A stretch of DNA of 60,855 nucleotides, counting the filler, from Dugesia japonica (lineage: Eukaryota): assembly GCA_001938525.1 (NCBI GenBank). It is 6 parts of 6 records of this genome, joined end to end, with 100 filler letters (N's around TTAATTAATTAA, not from the genome) between each part and the next. Parts side by side here need not be neighbours in the genome. Positions count along the whole stretch, not along the records: positions 1 to 11,820 come from MQRL01579372.1; positions 11,921 to 20,708 come from MQRL01589119.1; 4 more parts are not named here. One strand, given 5' to 3'. The stretch's first letter is position 1; each line of letters starts with the position of its first letter. Shown one piece after another: positions 1 through 13,869 of the stretch. The position numbers and the translations under genes were made by a program. The notes under the pieces are model-generated. The model searched no databases and was not told the DNA's origin. It saw only the letters and a list, made by a program, of their open reading frames with translations.

Positions 1-79
1 TATATATATATCTTTGTTTGGCAATTATAGCGAGAATAATTGTTGGACGTAACCATTGATCGTTTTATAGAATTCATTA

Positions 80-200
80 AAATGAAGGCTTTGATCAAAA
101 ATTTTTTTAGTTTTTGATAATAATTCTATATTTGGACTTTGTCTTCTTCAGAAAATGATAAAAAGTCAATTATTAAAAATTGGCATTGAAAATTTATAGA
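80..200 (-). ncRNA. Degenerate minimal hammerhead ribozyme (Penelope-like terminal repeat remnant), copy 1
   Basis: Minus strand reads atttt-CTGAAGA-A-GAC-aaa-GTC-cAAA-tatagaattatta-TC-aaaaa. CUGANGA core, 3-bp stem II, GAAA mutated to CAAA. Followed by TTTGATC as in copies 2 and 3. Confidence 0.45.
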
Positions 201-234
201 CAAAAATTATATTTTCCTTTAATATGAATAGTGA

Positions 235-760
235 GGCAAATATCAAAACCGATGAAAATCTAATGGAGTGAGATCTGAAGAGTAAACCAAGATTCTGAAA
301 ATCTGTATTTGTGACGTTGGAAGTCAGTACATGATCATTATCGTTCTACAAAAAGGAATTATTTTTCATCATCATTAACAATGTGAGACAAAAAAGGTCA
401 ACGTTGTTAACGAGCTAAGTGATGATGAGCTAGCAGTGAAGAGCAAATATTGACACACCAATGTTTTAAACTTGGGCCATGGAATTTAAATGTCGTTCTA
501 TAGTCGATTGATTATCCATCATAATTGGTAATTTTCGAGTTTTTGACGCGGATGTTCATGAATTAGGATGTTCATAAAATTCTCGCAGTACGTTGAGAAT
601 ATTCAAAACGGAGAAATTTATTTTATTGCTGTACTTTTCAAAATGACATTCTTTCTATAAACAACATAAATGGTTCTAGTGGCCTTTGATGCATGAACTT
701 GTTCGTATATTCAAATAAGTATAAACATTGGAAATTACCGTACAATATATATATACTTGC
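235..760 (-). mobile_element. Degenerate, internally deleted mariner transposase
   Basis: Hand translation: HASKATRTIYVVYRKNVILKSTA (HTH), NQSTIERHLNSM, PFLSHIVNDDEK, YSSDLTPLDFH (YSPDL motif). Many stops. Confidence 0.75.
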
Positions 761-2199
761 AATCCATTTTCTTTGCAAATAACTATATGAAAACTATCGC
801 CAAATTCAATATTTCTAAAATAATTAATTTAAACAATAGTTTGTCAATATTAAGATAACTTTAATATATGTATAAAAATTTTCATTTCAAAGCATTGTTG
901 CTTGACAGCATTTGATACTAGCGCTCTGAAACAACACCTTGTCTATCCCTCTCCAACAGATACTAAGTGTGTAGTAAAATGCTGTGTTTTCGTGATGGAA
1001 ATTTTTTTTAAATCTTTTGGCGGGTAAATTTCAAAATTGGATTGATAAATTCTTTAAAGAAACTTCTAAAGAACAGAGTACACTTTTTTCTGATTGGATA
1101 TAATTTGTATCAATGCAAGNGAAAATTATTGGTTCATATTTTGATACTTTTTTCGTTTAAACGTGTCAAATGTGCTATTTGATATTAGCGAAAAACCGTT
1201 TACACACTCAAATGAAATGTGCACATTGATTTTCAGCTAATTCTGGCTGTACATTGTCTAAAGAACTTTTGGAGTAAAGTGCTTTCTTCTCGATGCACTT
1301 ATTTAATCTGATAAACGAAAATGTAATATGACTGACGAAGTTGTTGTTATCCGTTATATAGAAGTAATGTTTTAAAAATATGACTTCTTTATATTTGGTG
1401 CAAAGTAATTAATGTTTAAGACTCGTACTATACGCATGATATATGCATGCCATACATATTAAGTACACATTTAATTCGCAAGTTTGTGGATTCAAAATCG
1501 CTCTTAAAATTATTTTATTGATTATTTATTGAGATTACATAATTGNCGTTACATAATCGTTTAAATTTCAAAAATAGAGTTTTTAATGATTTTTAGTGGC
1601 GGAATGATTACAATATTTTTTGTCGAGATTAATTATCAATAAATAATTTATTAAATGACGTTCCTTTATTTTTATGAAAAAGTTACCATTGTTTTTTAAT
1701 TTGATAATTAAATAATTATTCTAAAATTATTTTTAATAATATATTTTATTTTACAATTTTTTATATTATTTTTCCATCGAAATTGAATATTTTTTATATC
1801 TTAAAGCAGACAAGCTTTATCTACAGTTCACGATTCACAAATGAATTTGTAATGTTTCCTATTATACCCTAGTCCGGCTCCGATTATAATTATCAATGGT
1901 TAGTCAGCTATTGATACTGCTTTAAAATTTTATCANGAAGTTAGAACAAAAAAAATTTACAATAAAAGAACTGTCACTAAAACTATTCATTAATATTTAT
2001 TTTAAAAAAAATCATTTTAATTAATTTCACGTGATTTAAGTTTAAACTCAATTAATACTTAATTATTATTTAAAAATTGGTTTAATGTTTTTTGTTACAT
2101 TATGTATACTTTATTATTATTATTAATGTATAATGTATTATTTGGAAATTTCCGAAAAATATAATACAAATGAAAATGTACTTTTAATGCAGATAACAA

Positions 2200-3060
2200 A
2201 GGTCAATCAATTATGTAATATCCACCTATTCGTATAACCATTCGCCATCTTTCCACCGAACTTTGAATACCATTTTTGTAAAATAATGAAAATAATGTTT
2301 ATGTTCCGATTTTATAGCATTTATGTTTGAGAATGAATTTCCTGACTAAAAAGTAGACAATGATCAAAACAAATAATAGGCAAATGTCGCACAGTCTTGG
2401 GAATAAGGAGAATGTGGCATGAACTCCCATTTCAGGTTGTGTAACATTTGCATATTCTTCTTTGTTGCACGTGGTTTGATATTGTATTAATGAAATATCA
2501 TCCTTTCTGTGTTGACTAATGCTTGTTGCTAAATTGTTTGTAGTAATGGTCTCATACATTGTTAACATTTCTAAATAAAATTTTAAAGGTATGTATTGAT
2601 AAATGACTTGGAGAGAACCATTAATGTTTTCTTTGAGGGTTTTCAAAGAACACCTATTTCTTATCTGAAGCCACTATTCACTTACCAAAGGTTTCAAGTT
2701 CATGGTGAACGAGTAATGAATTTTAAATCGAGAAACACATTTCTCTTTGAATCAATGTCAATTTATAAGGCAGCTAAATACCAGTTCAATTACCAATCAA
2801 ATGGAAATGTTTTTGAGCAGTTAATCAACTAATCTCAAGAGTGATTGCCATTTCTTCGATGGTCAACTTCGGATCATAGAGCATCATTGTCCAAAGAAAT
2901 TTCACGGCCAGGTCTTGGACGATCTTTAAAAGATGTGTTAGCTTCCTGGGATCGTTTAAACCAATTTATATCTTGCATGTCACTGATGATATTTCCATAA
3001 ATTGCACAAATCTTTTTGGTAGCTTGTGTTACATTATAACTATACCTTATCTCTTCTATG
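2200..3060 (-). mobile_element. Degenerate mariner transposase
   Basis: ATKKICAIYG...NWFKR...KDRPRPGR, DPKLTIEEMA, WEFMPHSPYSQDCATFAYYLF, C-terminus GIQSSVERWRMVIRIGGYYIID*. Confidence 0.85.
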
Positions 3061-3741
3061 AGTTAAATTAACAATATCAACATTTTTGTATTTTATTTAT
3101 TACCGTATATTTAATATCTATATTCTAAAAATTCAAAAACATATTTCAATCACACATAATTGCTAAATAAATTTCATCACAACACAAAATACAATATATA
3201 ATATATTACAAATTGTTTTTCTAAAGTATGAACTATTTCTTCCAACTTGAAAAACCCATAATTTTAGGAAATTGTGATATGAGTAACAAAGCATTATACC
3301 AACAATCAAATTAATCATCACTTTTTACTTAGTATTTGTTTTACTTGTATTTCAAAATTTTTCATAAAAAATTTTCACTTTATTATTCATGGCAGTTTTT
3401 TTAATCCTTTCTTCATTAATCATTTTTATTTTCTGCTAATAACGAACCCGTCATTTTGAGATTGTCATCTTTTTAATAGATTGTATTTTAAATTGTTCAC
3501 GTATCATTCTTTTGGTATTATTTTTGGTATAATTTCTTTCTGAATTTATTCATCTTTAACATGATAAACTTAAAAACACATTGGAGTTTTAGTTGGAGAA
3601 GAACAAAACGAATATAAATGGATTTTAATAATTACCGTATTTTTCCATCGATAACACTCATCTTATGTATATTGTGGATTTGGTGGTTTATAAAGAAAAT
3701 GGTATAAAATATGAAAATCATTAAATAACGAGTATCGAACA

Positions 3742-4089
3742 AAGGGGTCTCAAATATAATGCGAGTTTGCCACATGCTGCCCGCGTCGTGTTTAAATGCA
3801 GCCCACAATGCTTCACTGGAACTAGCATAAATATATAAATATTTAGCTAATTAATCAGTATAAAAGTAAGTCTGATGTAAAAGTCCATAATTTTCAATAA
3901 TTATTTAATGTACTAAAAATAGGTGATTGAAGAGCAAATTACTTTATATTGAATTAATCTTAATGTTACGTAAAGTGCTATAAAGTTTACATTTTACAAT
4001 TATAAAACATTTATAGCATTACTGCGGCTGTTTGGCTGGCATATTTTGGCTAAAGCAGCCCGAGAGATCGTCTGAGTTTGAGACCCCTG
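3742..4089. mobile_element. Non-autonomous hAT (Charlie-like) MITE
   Basis: Left end aAGGGGTCTCAAA and right end TTTGAGACCCCTG are inverted repeats. Flanking 8-mers ATCGAACA and ATCTACCA match at 6/8 (decayed TSD). Confidence 0.8.
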
Positions 4090-5045
4090 ATCTACCAGAT
4101 CTTGGAATTTCCATATAATAGGTAAATATTTCCATCAACAGTTCATTTCTTCTTTTAAATCGCTTTAAGCATGAATAATATGCTCATTATTGATTTGGAA
4201 ATACCATAATCAATATTTCGTAAAGAATCAACATTTTTCAATTCTCAAAATTTGTATCATCATAATTCAAGAAGAACTGATCTACCAAGGAAAGAACTTA
4301 ATTAGTTGAGCTTAGTAAGTGTCAAAAGCAGTTTAATATAATATAAAATAAGAAATGTTAAATAAGAGTCACTTCTGTTTATCTATTTAATTACTGATTA
4401 ATATGTTTAATGAAATATGTAAGAAATAGCTCATGCCATGCGATATTTTTAAATTTTCTAGAGTATATTTAGATTATTATTGTACATTAAAATATGTATT
4501 GAAAATAATTAATTAAATAATTAAAATTATTTAGTATTTATTTTTGACTATTCTTCAAATATCGATTTTGAAAATATTGATTAAAATTATAATGGAAAAT
4601 TATAACTAAAATTATTTACTCAAATATCACTTTTGAAATTATGGATTAAAATTATAATTTAAAATTAAAATTAAAAATATTGAGTCTATATTAAAAAAAT
4701 ACTGTTTGTAAATAATATTATGGAAGATTTTAAATATTAAAATATTAGATTAGATATTTTTCAAAAATATATGAAAATTTATTTTATGTATGTATAAATA
4801 TTTGGATATCTTGAGGTATGGTTTATTTTTTAAAACATTATTTCATCAAAATATAAATGAGAGTTAATTTGTTTGAATATTCTGAGTATTCATCTTTTTT
4901 TAACTTTCAACAAAAACCAAAACAATTTGTGATAAAATAAATATTTATGGAGACTTGCGATATTGTTAACCAAACTAATAAAAATTTCTTTAAAAAATCT
5001 TTTAAAATTTTATTTACAAATTACAAAGAAAGAAATTCAACTCAC

Positions 5046-5582
5046 CAATAGTAAGATCTTGGATACAATAATCTTGCGATTGTTCAATGTAAACTAGTCT
5101 TTTTTTAGACGGTCTTCTGAACTGGTTTCTGCTGAAAGTGAGAGATTTCTGAAACGGATTATAAGAAACTTTTTGAGGTTTATTATAAAGTTTCTTTAAC
5201 ATATCTCCAATTCTTCGAAAATCATTCATTCTTTGCCAACAAGTTCTCAGTGAGCACGCTCCACTAACTCCATGACATTTACATTTTTTAAGTCTTGTTT
5301 TCCAAACCACCTAATTTAAGAAATTATGTTTTCTTAGAGGTTTTTTTTAAAATTTTCTTACTCTTCGTCCAACTCTGTTGTTGTGTTGATTCATAAGACT
5401 TCGTCCAGTTTGATCCTTTCGATCATGATTATCAAGAAATATTGTACTCACTTTCATACCAAATCTAAAATTTAAAAGAATACAATGAAATGTAAAAGTA
5501 GGTATATAGTAATCATTACTGTAATAAATATTATATTAATAGCTGTATGTTTTGAAAAGCGCGTAGAAATTTTTGTACTTTG

Positions 5583-5649
<67 letters not shown>

Positions 5650-5780
5650 NNNNNNNNNNNNNNNNNNNNNNNNNNNNNNNNNNNNNNNNNNNNNNNNNNN
5701 NNNNNNNNNNNNNNNNNNNNNNNNNNNNNNNNNNNNNNNNNNNNNNNNNNNNNNNNNNNNNNNNNNNNNNNNNNNNNNNN

Positions 5781-5846
<66 letters not shown>

Positions 5847-6037
5847 CTTAAAATCTAAGTACTTTATGTGATCACTACAGCCACCCCACGTGAAATCCCC
5901 ACTGCCATCTTTATCTTGTCCATGTCTCTGGGGATCACAATAGCATTCCTTCAAATCTCCTTTGCTGCACGAATTAGTAATGGAATAAACTACACCTGAT
6001 GACCATATAGAAAATAAAAATGCTGTTTCTTTCACAC
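5046..6037 (-). CDS. wnt2: Wnt ligand, Wnt2-like; three internal exons (6037-5863, 5464-5362, 5310-5046); first and last exons not found
   Basis: Spliced GT-AG product: GVKETAFLFSIWSSGVVYSITNSCSKGDLKECYCDP...FTWGGCSDHIK/FGMKVSTIFLD...SLMNQHNNRVGRR/VVWKTRLKKCKCHGVSGACSLRTCW. Wnt family is certain. Wnt2 is suggested by the CxCDP...KDxxGxFxWGGCSD segment. Confidence 0.9.
5584..5846. repeat. (ATT)n microsatellite in Wnt intron; similar tracts at about 8007-8071, 8770-8984, 11787-11820, 34822-34886, 37668-37707, 51512-51580
   Basis: Trinucleotide runs, mostly flanking assembly gaps. Confidence 0.95.
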
Positions 6038-6419
6038 CTGAATTTATTATTAATAATCAAAAATATTTTTACGAATCATAATTATAATAATTTTAGATAT
6101 TTTGAACGAAATTTGGTTTTGTATCTTTAATTTTTAATGAAGAATGTTTACAACACTAGAAATTTTAGAAAAGACAGAAAACCTTTAATTAATAACAATT
6201 AATATATTGATCATTATTTAATTAATAGTTTAATTAAGAATATTATAAAAATTATTGTTTGGATTAGGTTTGCCGATTTTTCCAATTTACATTTCAATAT
6301 ATAATCTATAAATTTTTCCTTGAGAAAATAATTTTTTTGAATATATCACTTTGAATTAAGCACATATTTTAATATTTAAAATATTATAATCTCATATTTG
6401 AAATTTTGTATTAGTTAAA

Positions 6420-7440
6420 ATGGTGGGTAAAAAGTGAATCATTCGTTTATTCTTATAGCAGGAGTTTAAACTTTGTCTAATGCCACAGAAGAATTTCGAA
6501 AGATTTGTTTTGCATTTACAGCAATTAACTGGTCGTAATTGGTTCTAAACGTTTGTTTTGGGTGATGAGAATCTGAAAGATGCACCCAAATCTGGGAGAC
6601 CAAAGTTCTATGAGCAATGATAAGAAAAATAATGGAAAAAGGCAATTGGGTCTGACATTTCAAGAACTTGGTTTGATGTTATTTAATATCAATGAAGAAA
6701 CAATAATATTACATATGCATCAGATTGGAAAGAGTTGGAAATTAAGCAGATGGATTCTACATGTCTTGACACCAGAGAATAGATTCCAACGACTGACAAT
6801 ATGCACTTCTCATTTTAATCAACTAAAAATAGAGTCTTGATTAGCGACGAAAAGTGGTTAATATATTCAAGTTCTAAGATAACAATTAATTTGTTATCTT
6901 TTATGGATTCCTTATCACAAGTTCCAAAGGCTGGGCTATTCTGTAAAAAGCTTTTACTTTGTGTTTGGTGGACTTGTGAAGGAATATTCATCATGAGTTT
7001 CTAAAATTGAAAGAAACAATAACCGTGAACATATATTGTGCTCAATTAAAAAGAGTTCATGAAAAATTATTAGAAAACAGACTGCATTAGAAGGTTTTAT
7101 TTAGAAGTTTTTTTTTGTTTACAGAAATAAGATTTTATTTCTTCAAGACAATGTTCGACCACATGTGGTAAGAAAATTGTTATTATGATAACACAACTTG
7201 AGTAGGAGATTATGTGCCATCCACCATATTCATCAGATCGATCGCCAACATATTTTCACTCGTTTTTAATCTTGATAATAATCTGAAGAAAAAGATGTTC
7301 AAAAACAGAAGTGTCAGATTTCTTCCTGATTAATTCTACAGAGTTCTATATTACCAAGTTCCAAAACCGATGAAGAATAAATATCAAAAATTTTTACTTT
7401 TTTAATATTTTACTTTTTTTAAAATCGACAAAACATTTTT
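6420..7440 (+). mobile_element. Degenerate mariner transposon
   Basis: LKDAPKSGRP, KLSRWILHVLT, SDEKWLIY, LLLCVWWTCEGI, LQDNVRPHV, HPPYSSDRSPTYFH. Confidence 0.9.
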
Positions 7441-8006
7441 TGGGACGATCTGGAAAGAGAACTGAAAATATTTTTACAAAATTTATTTAATAATAAATTA
7501 CAATTTATATTAATATCAATTATAATACGATTTTACTTTAGATTATTTTTACTAAAAATTTTAAATAATTTACAAAGATTATACTACGATAATATTAATA
7601 CGAAAAAAATTAAAAATTAGACGATAATCGAAAATTCGGATAATTACCAAAAAGAAATAAAAAAAAAACAACATTTGGATCGAAGCTATTTATTTAATGC
7701 AATCTGCAATACGATCAATAGTTAAGTCCAACAATTTCTCGCGCAATAACTCTTGTAATTGTAAAATAATATTAACTTTGATTTACAATACTAAAAAAAT
7801 CATATTTTAAAAATTATACCCACTTTTTTAATAAAACTGAAATATTTCAACAACACAAATATTACAAATAATGGATAAATTAAAAATATACAACCAACCT
7901 AAAATATTCTACNNNNNNNNNNNNNNNNNNNNNNNNNNNNNNNNNNNNNNNNNNNNNNNNNNNNNNNNNNNNNNNNNNNNNNNNNNNNNNNNNNNNNNNN
8001 NNNNNN

Positions 8007-8071
<65 letters not shown>

Positions 8072-8765
8072 GAAAATTATACATATAATCTAAAACATGA
8101 GTAAAATTAAAATTATTTATTAAAAGATAAAGCAGGTTTATTGAATTTTGTTTAAGATATTATATGAAAGACGAAACTAAGGCGAATTATTCAAACAAAA
8201 AGTGAATAATCTGATTATAAAAATAACAAGTAGCACATTCACTATAATGGTAATGATAAATCCTTAAAGAGAAAAAAAACATTTCAGTTATTTCAATTTC
8301 TTTATTTATATAGCTGTCATTTTGTTTCGCCGCGATTTTCCTCGTGCAAGATGGATATGTTTATATTTGACAAGTTGGTCTCGTCAGATAATTGAAATTT
8401 GAAATTACTGATCCAAAAAAAAGAAAAAATTAATCATTTATGATTCCTAAAAATATTTTATAAATGATAATGATAATGACATTTTTGAAAAATTAACACT
8501 GATCAGGTGATTTTCAAAGTGTAAAAAAATGTAAGATTCAACTTAAGAAATTCTGTTAGCATTTTGTTGTTGAAAGTTGAATCTCTGATTAGTTTAATTT
8601 ATAAAATTTTCAGCTGAAAATATTTTAAAAAATTTCAATGTCATAATTTTTTGATTAATTTTTGTTTTAATTATAAACATTTCAGTGGTTATTAATTTAT
8701 TTTTCACAAATTTAGCATTTAGAATTACCTTTAAAATATTACAAAATTTTATTTATTTATTATGA

Positions 8766-8830
<65 letters not shown>

Positions 8831-8919
8831 NNNNNNNNNNNNNNNNNNNNNNNNNNNNNNNNNNNNNNNNNNNNNNNNNNNNNNNNNNNNNNNNNNNNNN
8901 NNNNNNNNNNNNNNNNNNN

Positions 8920-8984
<65 letters not shown>

Positions 8985-9299
8985 GTTTGATAAAAAATAA
9001 ATAACACAATTTAAAATAAAATTTTATTGTTATATATTTTGACTGTTATGCCAACTACTGGAGACAAAATTGGGGCCCTGGAGAAGGTCAGTAATGTGTA
9101 CTCGCAAAGAACCAGATGATATAAACCAAATAAAGTGTTCTCAAGATGTTCAATGAAAAGATTTCTTAGAATAGAAGGACCCGAAGAGCAGAAGTAATTG
9201 TTGTAGAATAACTGTAACCCAATTTTATTGGCGGTGTGCATTTAATGAAGTTATTTGGAATCAAATTGAACTCAGTTTGCAATATTGGTTCTGTTTATT

Positions 9300-11690
9300 T
9301 GAAGAAGAAAATATTAGACAGTGATAAAGAAATTATGTAACATCATTTTTTTAAGATCAATTAAGTATGCGATAACATAATTTATTGTGCCAATTTCGCA
9401 ACATATTTTATGATATCAACTCTTGACTTTGGGCATACCAATGTAGTTCAACATTATATCGAAGTAACAGACACACCTATTTTCCAACACTCATGTATCT
9501 TTAGTCGAAGGCTGATAAATTGATTTCACATCTCGTAATCGCTAGCTTTGTTTCGAAATGCAAAAGACCATGAAGTTCTCCTTTAGGGGTGGTTGGAAAA
9601 AAAGATTGATTGATTCGAATATGTTGATTTCAGGTGAATAAATGCAATCACCGAAAAATTTGCATTTCTTATGCCAGATAGGCAGATTTTATTTGACTGT
9701 TTGGCTGATTCCAAGTTTCTTTCAACAATAGATTTGGGCCAAGCATTTTATCAAGTAGAAACGTCAGAGAAATCAAGATTAATTACAGATTTTAGTATCA
9801 AACAGGGCCAGTTTTGTTTCAATCGTATGCCTTTTGGATTAGCAACAGCATCAGCAATATTGCAGAAATGAATGCATGAACTGTTAGAAGGCCTTTCTTT
9901 TAGTTGTCTACTGATTTATCTTTATGATATTATGATGTATAGCTCTAAGAAAAAGAAACACGATGATAAATTAGAGGGAGTTTTCAACGTATTAGTAAAG
10001 TTGGTTTGAAAGTAAATCCGGATAAATGTAAATGTAAAATTTACTCTTTCTGGGACACACAGTAAGTGTCGATGAAGTAAGAAAAAATAAAAAGAAAATT
10101 GAAGAAATTTTAAAAGCAGAACCTACTATTTGAATTTCTCTTCCGCATTCTTTCTTGGGATTAGTAAACTATTATAGAAAATATATTCACGGATATGCAG
10201 AAAGTGCAACACCATTGGATGATGCAATTTCAGGTAGGGATAAAGTCTTACAATGAACTTATTGATGTCAACAAAGTTTTCAAAATCTTAACAATAAATG
10301 TGCAATGCACCAATATTAGACTCTCTTTAGAAAAAATGAGTTTTTGTGCTTGATACAGATGCTAGTTTGGGTCCCGTTGGAGGAGTACTTAGTCAAAGAA
10401 GAGAAGACGGAACTGAGGTGGTTATTGAATATGGATCCAGACGTTTATCGACTCATGAGCTGGAATACTATGTAACAAGAAAGACGTTGTTAGCCTTATA
10501 CGAATTGTTTTTACATGTTTAACAATATCTTTATGAGAAACAGTTTATTGAACGCACAGAAATTGAATTGAAGTACAGAAAAAGCAAGCAGTATGATAAT
10601 GCTGATGGGATATCAAGGATTTCTTACATTATATTAGGTCTCCAAGCTTGACTTTGCTGTTTTTATTTATTATAATTTTAGTTAGATAGAATTTAATTAA
10701 TGTAAATTATATTGTTGTTTAAATAATATACACTTTAAGCGCTATTTATAAAAATGTAAGAAATTGTAAACACGTTAAAAATTTAATTTTTCTTCATTTT
10801 AGATGACTGAATTTGTACCTGAAAATCAACATAAGCGGGAAGCATTGCTTTTCTTATTTCATTTGAAGAAAAATGCTAGTGATGCGCATAAATTAATTAT
10901 AGAGGCTTATGGCAAACATGCTTTAGCCGAAAGAATTTGTTTGTAGTGCCAAACAAAACTGTGATGTCAAGATAGAAAAGCTCAAAACAAGATTTATCAA
11001 CGTGGTGCAGGAAAATATTGTTCTGCTGAAGAGAATACAACGTGAACAGAACTTAGATCCACTTATTAATGTGTTCAAAGAATTTTTAACAGTGGAGAGT
11101 AGGGAGTTGCTAGANGTTTTATAAAAGAATACTAATATGTATTTCATGAGAAACAGTCTTAATGTAGTTAACGATTTTCTGGTTCTAAAAAAAGATGATA
11201 AAAGTCTTATTTTAATGCCAGAGGAATTTGTACATGAGTTCATAACAAATATTCATTTCTTTAAAATGAGTTTGTAAAGAGAAAAACTGGCAGGAGTTAC
11301 TCCTGATGATTGAGTTTAGTGGAAACACAACTCAACAAAGTTCGACGGGAATCTTTGGCTTTTGAAATCGTGTTTGGTTAAAAAACTACATTCAGAAATG
11401 AATCACCAAAATATACTAAATACAGAAAAATTCAAAAGAAGTCAGGAAGAATTTAGAGACTGCTACTAACAGAATTGTCAGTTTTGAAAATTAAAAACGA
11501 GACCAACGTAATTTCAAAATCGGAGACAAGTTATTGATTAGGAAAGAACACTAAAACGAGAAGAAAAATGATTTCCAATAATAATCACTAAGTTTGTATC
11601 GCTCCATCAGATCGAATTGAGCGAACCAGAAGAAAGAAAACTGATAAGGATCGAATAGCTTAAAAATTGGTTTAGCTCTGTGAGAGGGAG
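9300..11690 (+). mobile_element. Decayed Ty3/Gypsy pol (RT, RNase H, integrase remnant)
   Basis: FLSTIDLGQAFYQV...FNRMPFGLATA, IYLYDI, RNase H LDTDASLGPVGGVLSQ...IEYGSRRLS, NADGISR. Purine tract GAGAGGGAG then TATGT near 11682-11700 (possible PPT/LTR start). Confidence 0.9.
10634..10935 (+). mobile_element. 5' fragment of a Mos1-like mariner nested in the Gypsy element
   Basis: TA then TTAGGTCTCCAAGC... TIR-like start. ATG at 10803 gives MTEFVPENQHKREALLFLFHLKKNASDAHKLIIEAYG. Confidence 0.8.
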
Positions 11691-11784
11691 TTATGTATTA
11701 CATAATTTTGTTTTGTTTTAGTAAATAGATTTTGGTTTAGCGTGATTACTTAATGTTTGAATCAAATATTAAGAATGATCTTAT

Positions 11785-11820
<36 letters not shown>

Positions 11821-11920
11821 NNNNNNNNNNNNNNNNNNNNNNNNNNNNNNNNNNNNNNNNNNNNTTAATTAATTAANNNNNNNNNNNNNNNNNNNNNNNN
11901 NNNNNNNNNNNNNNNNNNNN
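11821..11920. other. Artificial assembly linker N44-TTAATTAATTAA-N44 (12-mer cores at 11865, 20753, 29545, 40969, 50990)
   Basis: Identical 12-mer with stops in all six frames centred in five 100-nt gaps. Confidence 0.95.
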
Positions 11921-11939
11921 AATAACATCGAAAATAAGA

Positions 11940-12230
11940 GTCTGAAGATAACATATTCTGATGAAGATAGAAAAAATAACAGGTTGAAGTTGTTTAAACA
12001 AATAGATAACAGAAAAATGGTTCAGTTAATCCAGAATTTTGGTGAGATATTCATGGCTTCAAAGTTCGATATTGGGCATACGTGAAAAGTAATACATGTA
12101 ATTAAGGTTAATAGTACAGCACCCTAGAAGACAGCCTATGCATTTAGAAAAGAAAATTGAAAATATGATTAAAGAATTAGCAAAGATTGGTGTAATCAGC
12201 AAGTCCAATAGTCCTTGGAATTCTCAAAAA
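11940..12230 (+). mobile_element. Gypsy pol fragment (region just before RT)
   Basis: IFMASKFDIGHT, MIKELAKIGVISKSNSPWNS. Confidence 0.7.
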
Positions 12231-12567
12231 ATATATTTATTTTCTTTATAAAACATTAGAATATATCATAAATAATAAAATAAACAAGAAATATTGGAGG
12301 CGGCTATTTGCTAAGGCGCGACCAACAACGTAAAAATTTCTCAGCGGTTGGTTAACCTATATTAATTTCAGTGCATACTTTTATAACATCCAATATCCTA
12401 TAAATACTGATATATGACACATAGTTCTATGAATACTCCCTTTAGCCATTAGACTCGCGTTCTAGACCCACAGTTTTAAGTCTGCCATGAACCAACAAGA
12501 TTACATAGTCTACTATTAAAGTTAATTCGACGAATTCATTATCTATTCTGGTAAATTATTTGATTAA

Positions 12568-13731
12568 TCAGGTCGATTAAAAAAAGGCATTTCATGAAAC
12601 TCATATTTTTACGTAAAAGAAAATATTTTTGTGATTATTTCCTTTTCATTTATTGTACTACTTATAAGTATTGCATAAAGGTCATATTTACTTATTTAAT
12701 TATTAATTTTAAAAATTTTCTTTAGGAATAAAAGAATAAAAGGATACAATTCATGTACGTTTACACACAATATAGAAAGAAAGGAATGTAAGTGAGAGTG
12801 TTCTATTTATTAATGAAATGATGGGCCAAGATATAATATCAGCAAGTATGGTGCAAAAGTGGTTCCAGCAATTTAAAAAAGGACGGAAAGGTCCTGAGCA
12901 AAAACAAGATTCTGAAAGACATATAACTTTGGATCGACAAGCTCTACCAGAATGTCTTGCTCCTGAACCAATATCATCCAGCTCAAAAATTGCCGCAGGC
13001 ATTTGCTCTCAAAAAACTGTATTGAGGTGACTCTATTCAAGAGGGCAAAAGCCACAAAAATAACTATGTATCCTGCACAATTTGACGATTTACCAAAAGA
13101 CTAAGTGTGTTAGGTGATGTCAGCTTTGTGTTCACTATGATCCAAACGACTCCTAGACCATAAATCCACGGAAAGAAGAGGTTACTCTCGGTTTTTGGTC
13201 AGCAACTGGAATCATTCACTGGTAACTTATTCCTTCTGGAAAACCCACGTCAGCAGATATCCTCCAAAAACAACTGCATGGTTTTGAAGCTAATTTGCAG
13301 AAACACAGGGCCAAAGGAAGCTTCAAAGAAAAGTTAGACTTCAGATGAACAATGCTTCTCCGCATACTGCTACTGCAAAGAAAACATACATCAAGGACGA
13401 GCTTGAAACATCATTCACAACACACCTTTTTTTCCAACCTTGCTCTAAGTGATATTTACCTTTTTTGGTCACTTAAAGATTTTATGAGGCAAGAGACTTG
13501 AGGAAAAGTGTGATGAGGGTGATATTCTTCAATTTACCATCGCCAAGTTCTTCGAGAAGTCTCTGGTGGACTATTTCAATAGAAATAAAGAAGCTCCCAG
13601 AAAAATGGGGACTTGTAGTAAACAATAATGGAGAATTTATCTTGGATTGATTGAATATATTTAAAATATAAGTTATTAGATTTGTCTTTTATTCGTTAAT
13701 TAAAATGCGCCCTTTTTATGAATTGACCTGA
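12568..13731 (+). mobile_element. Near full-length degenerate mariner with both TIRs
   Basis: Left TCAGGTCGATTAAAAAAAGGCATTT; right (reverse complement) TCAGGTCAATTCATAAAAAGGGCGCATTT. Internal MVQKWFQQFKKG, FWSATGIIHW, MNNASPHTA, LALSDIYLFWSL, EKWGLVVNNNGEFILD*. Confidence 0.9.
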
Positions 13732-13869
13732 CATTAGTTCAAATTAATTTAAATAATGTAGAATTTCTATAGTTAACATGGTGGTTGAAATATAGTATTA
13801 GACATTTTCATCAATAATAAAATTTTCCTCCAAAACAATGGTTGTTTTTCACTTATTAATAGTATTTTC

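Noticed and set aside
2299-2832. ORFs 2299-2646 and 2596-2832 as host genes or the last Wnt exon
   Set aside because: Off-frame or antisense readings of a decayed mariner; no Wnt C-terminal CxCxFxWCC motif found in 1-5045.
5485-9009. ORFs with poly-I/L/Y/N tracts (also near 34600-34910 and 37545-37739)
   Set aside because: Translations of (ATT)n microsatellites and N gaps.
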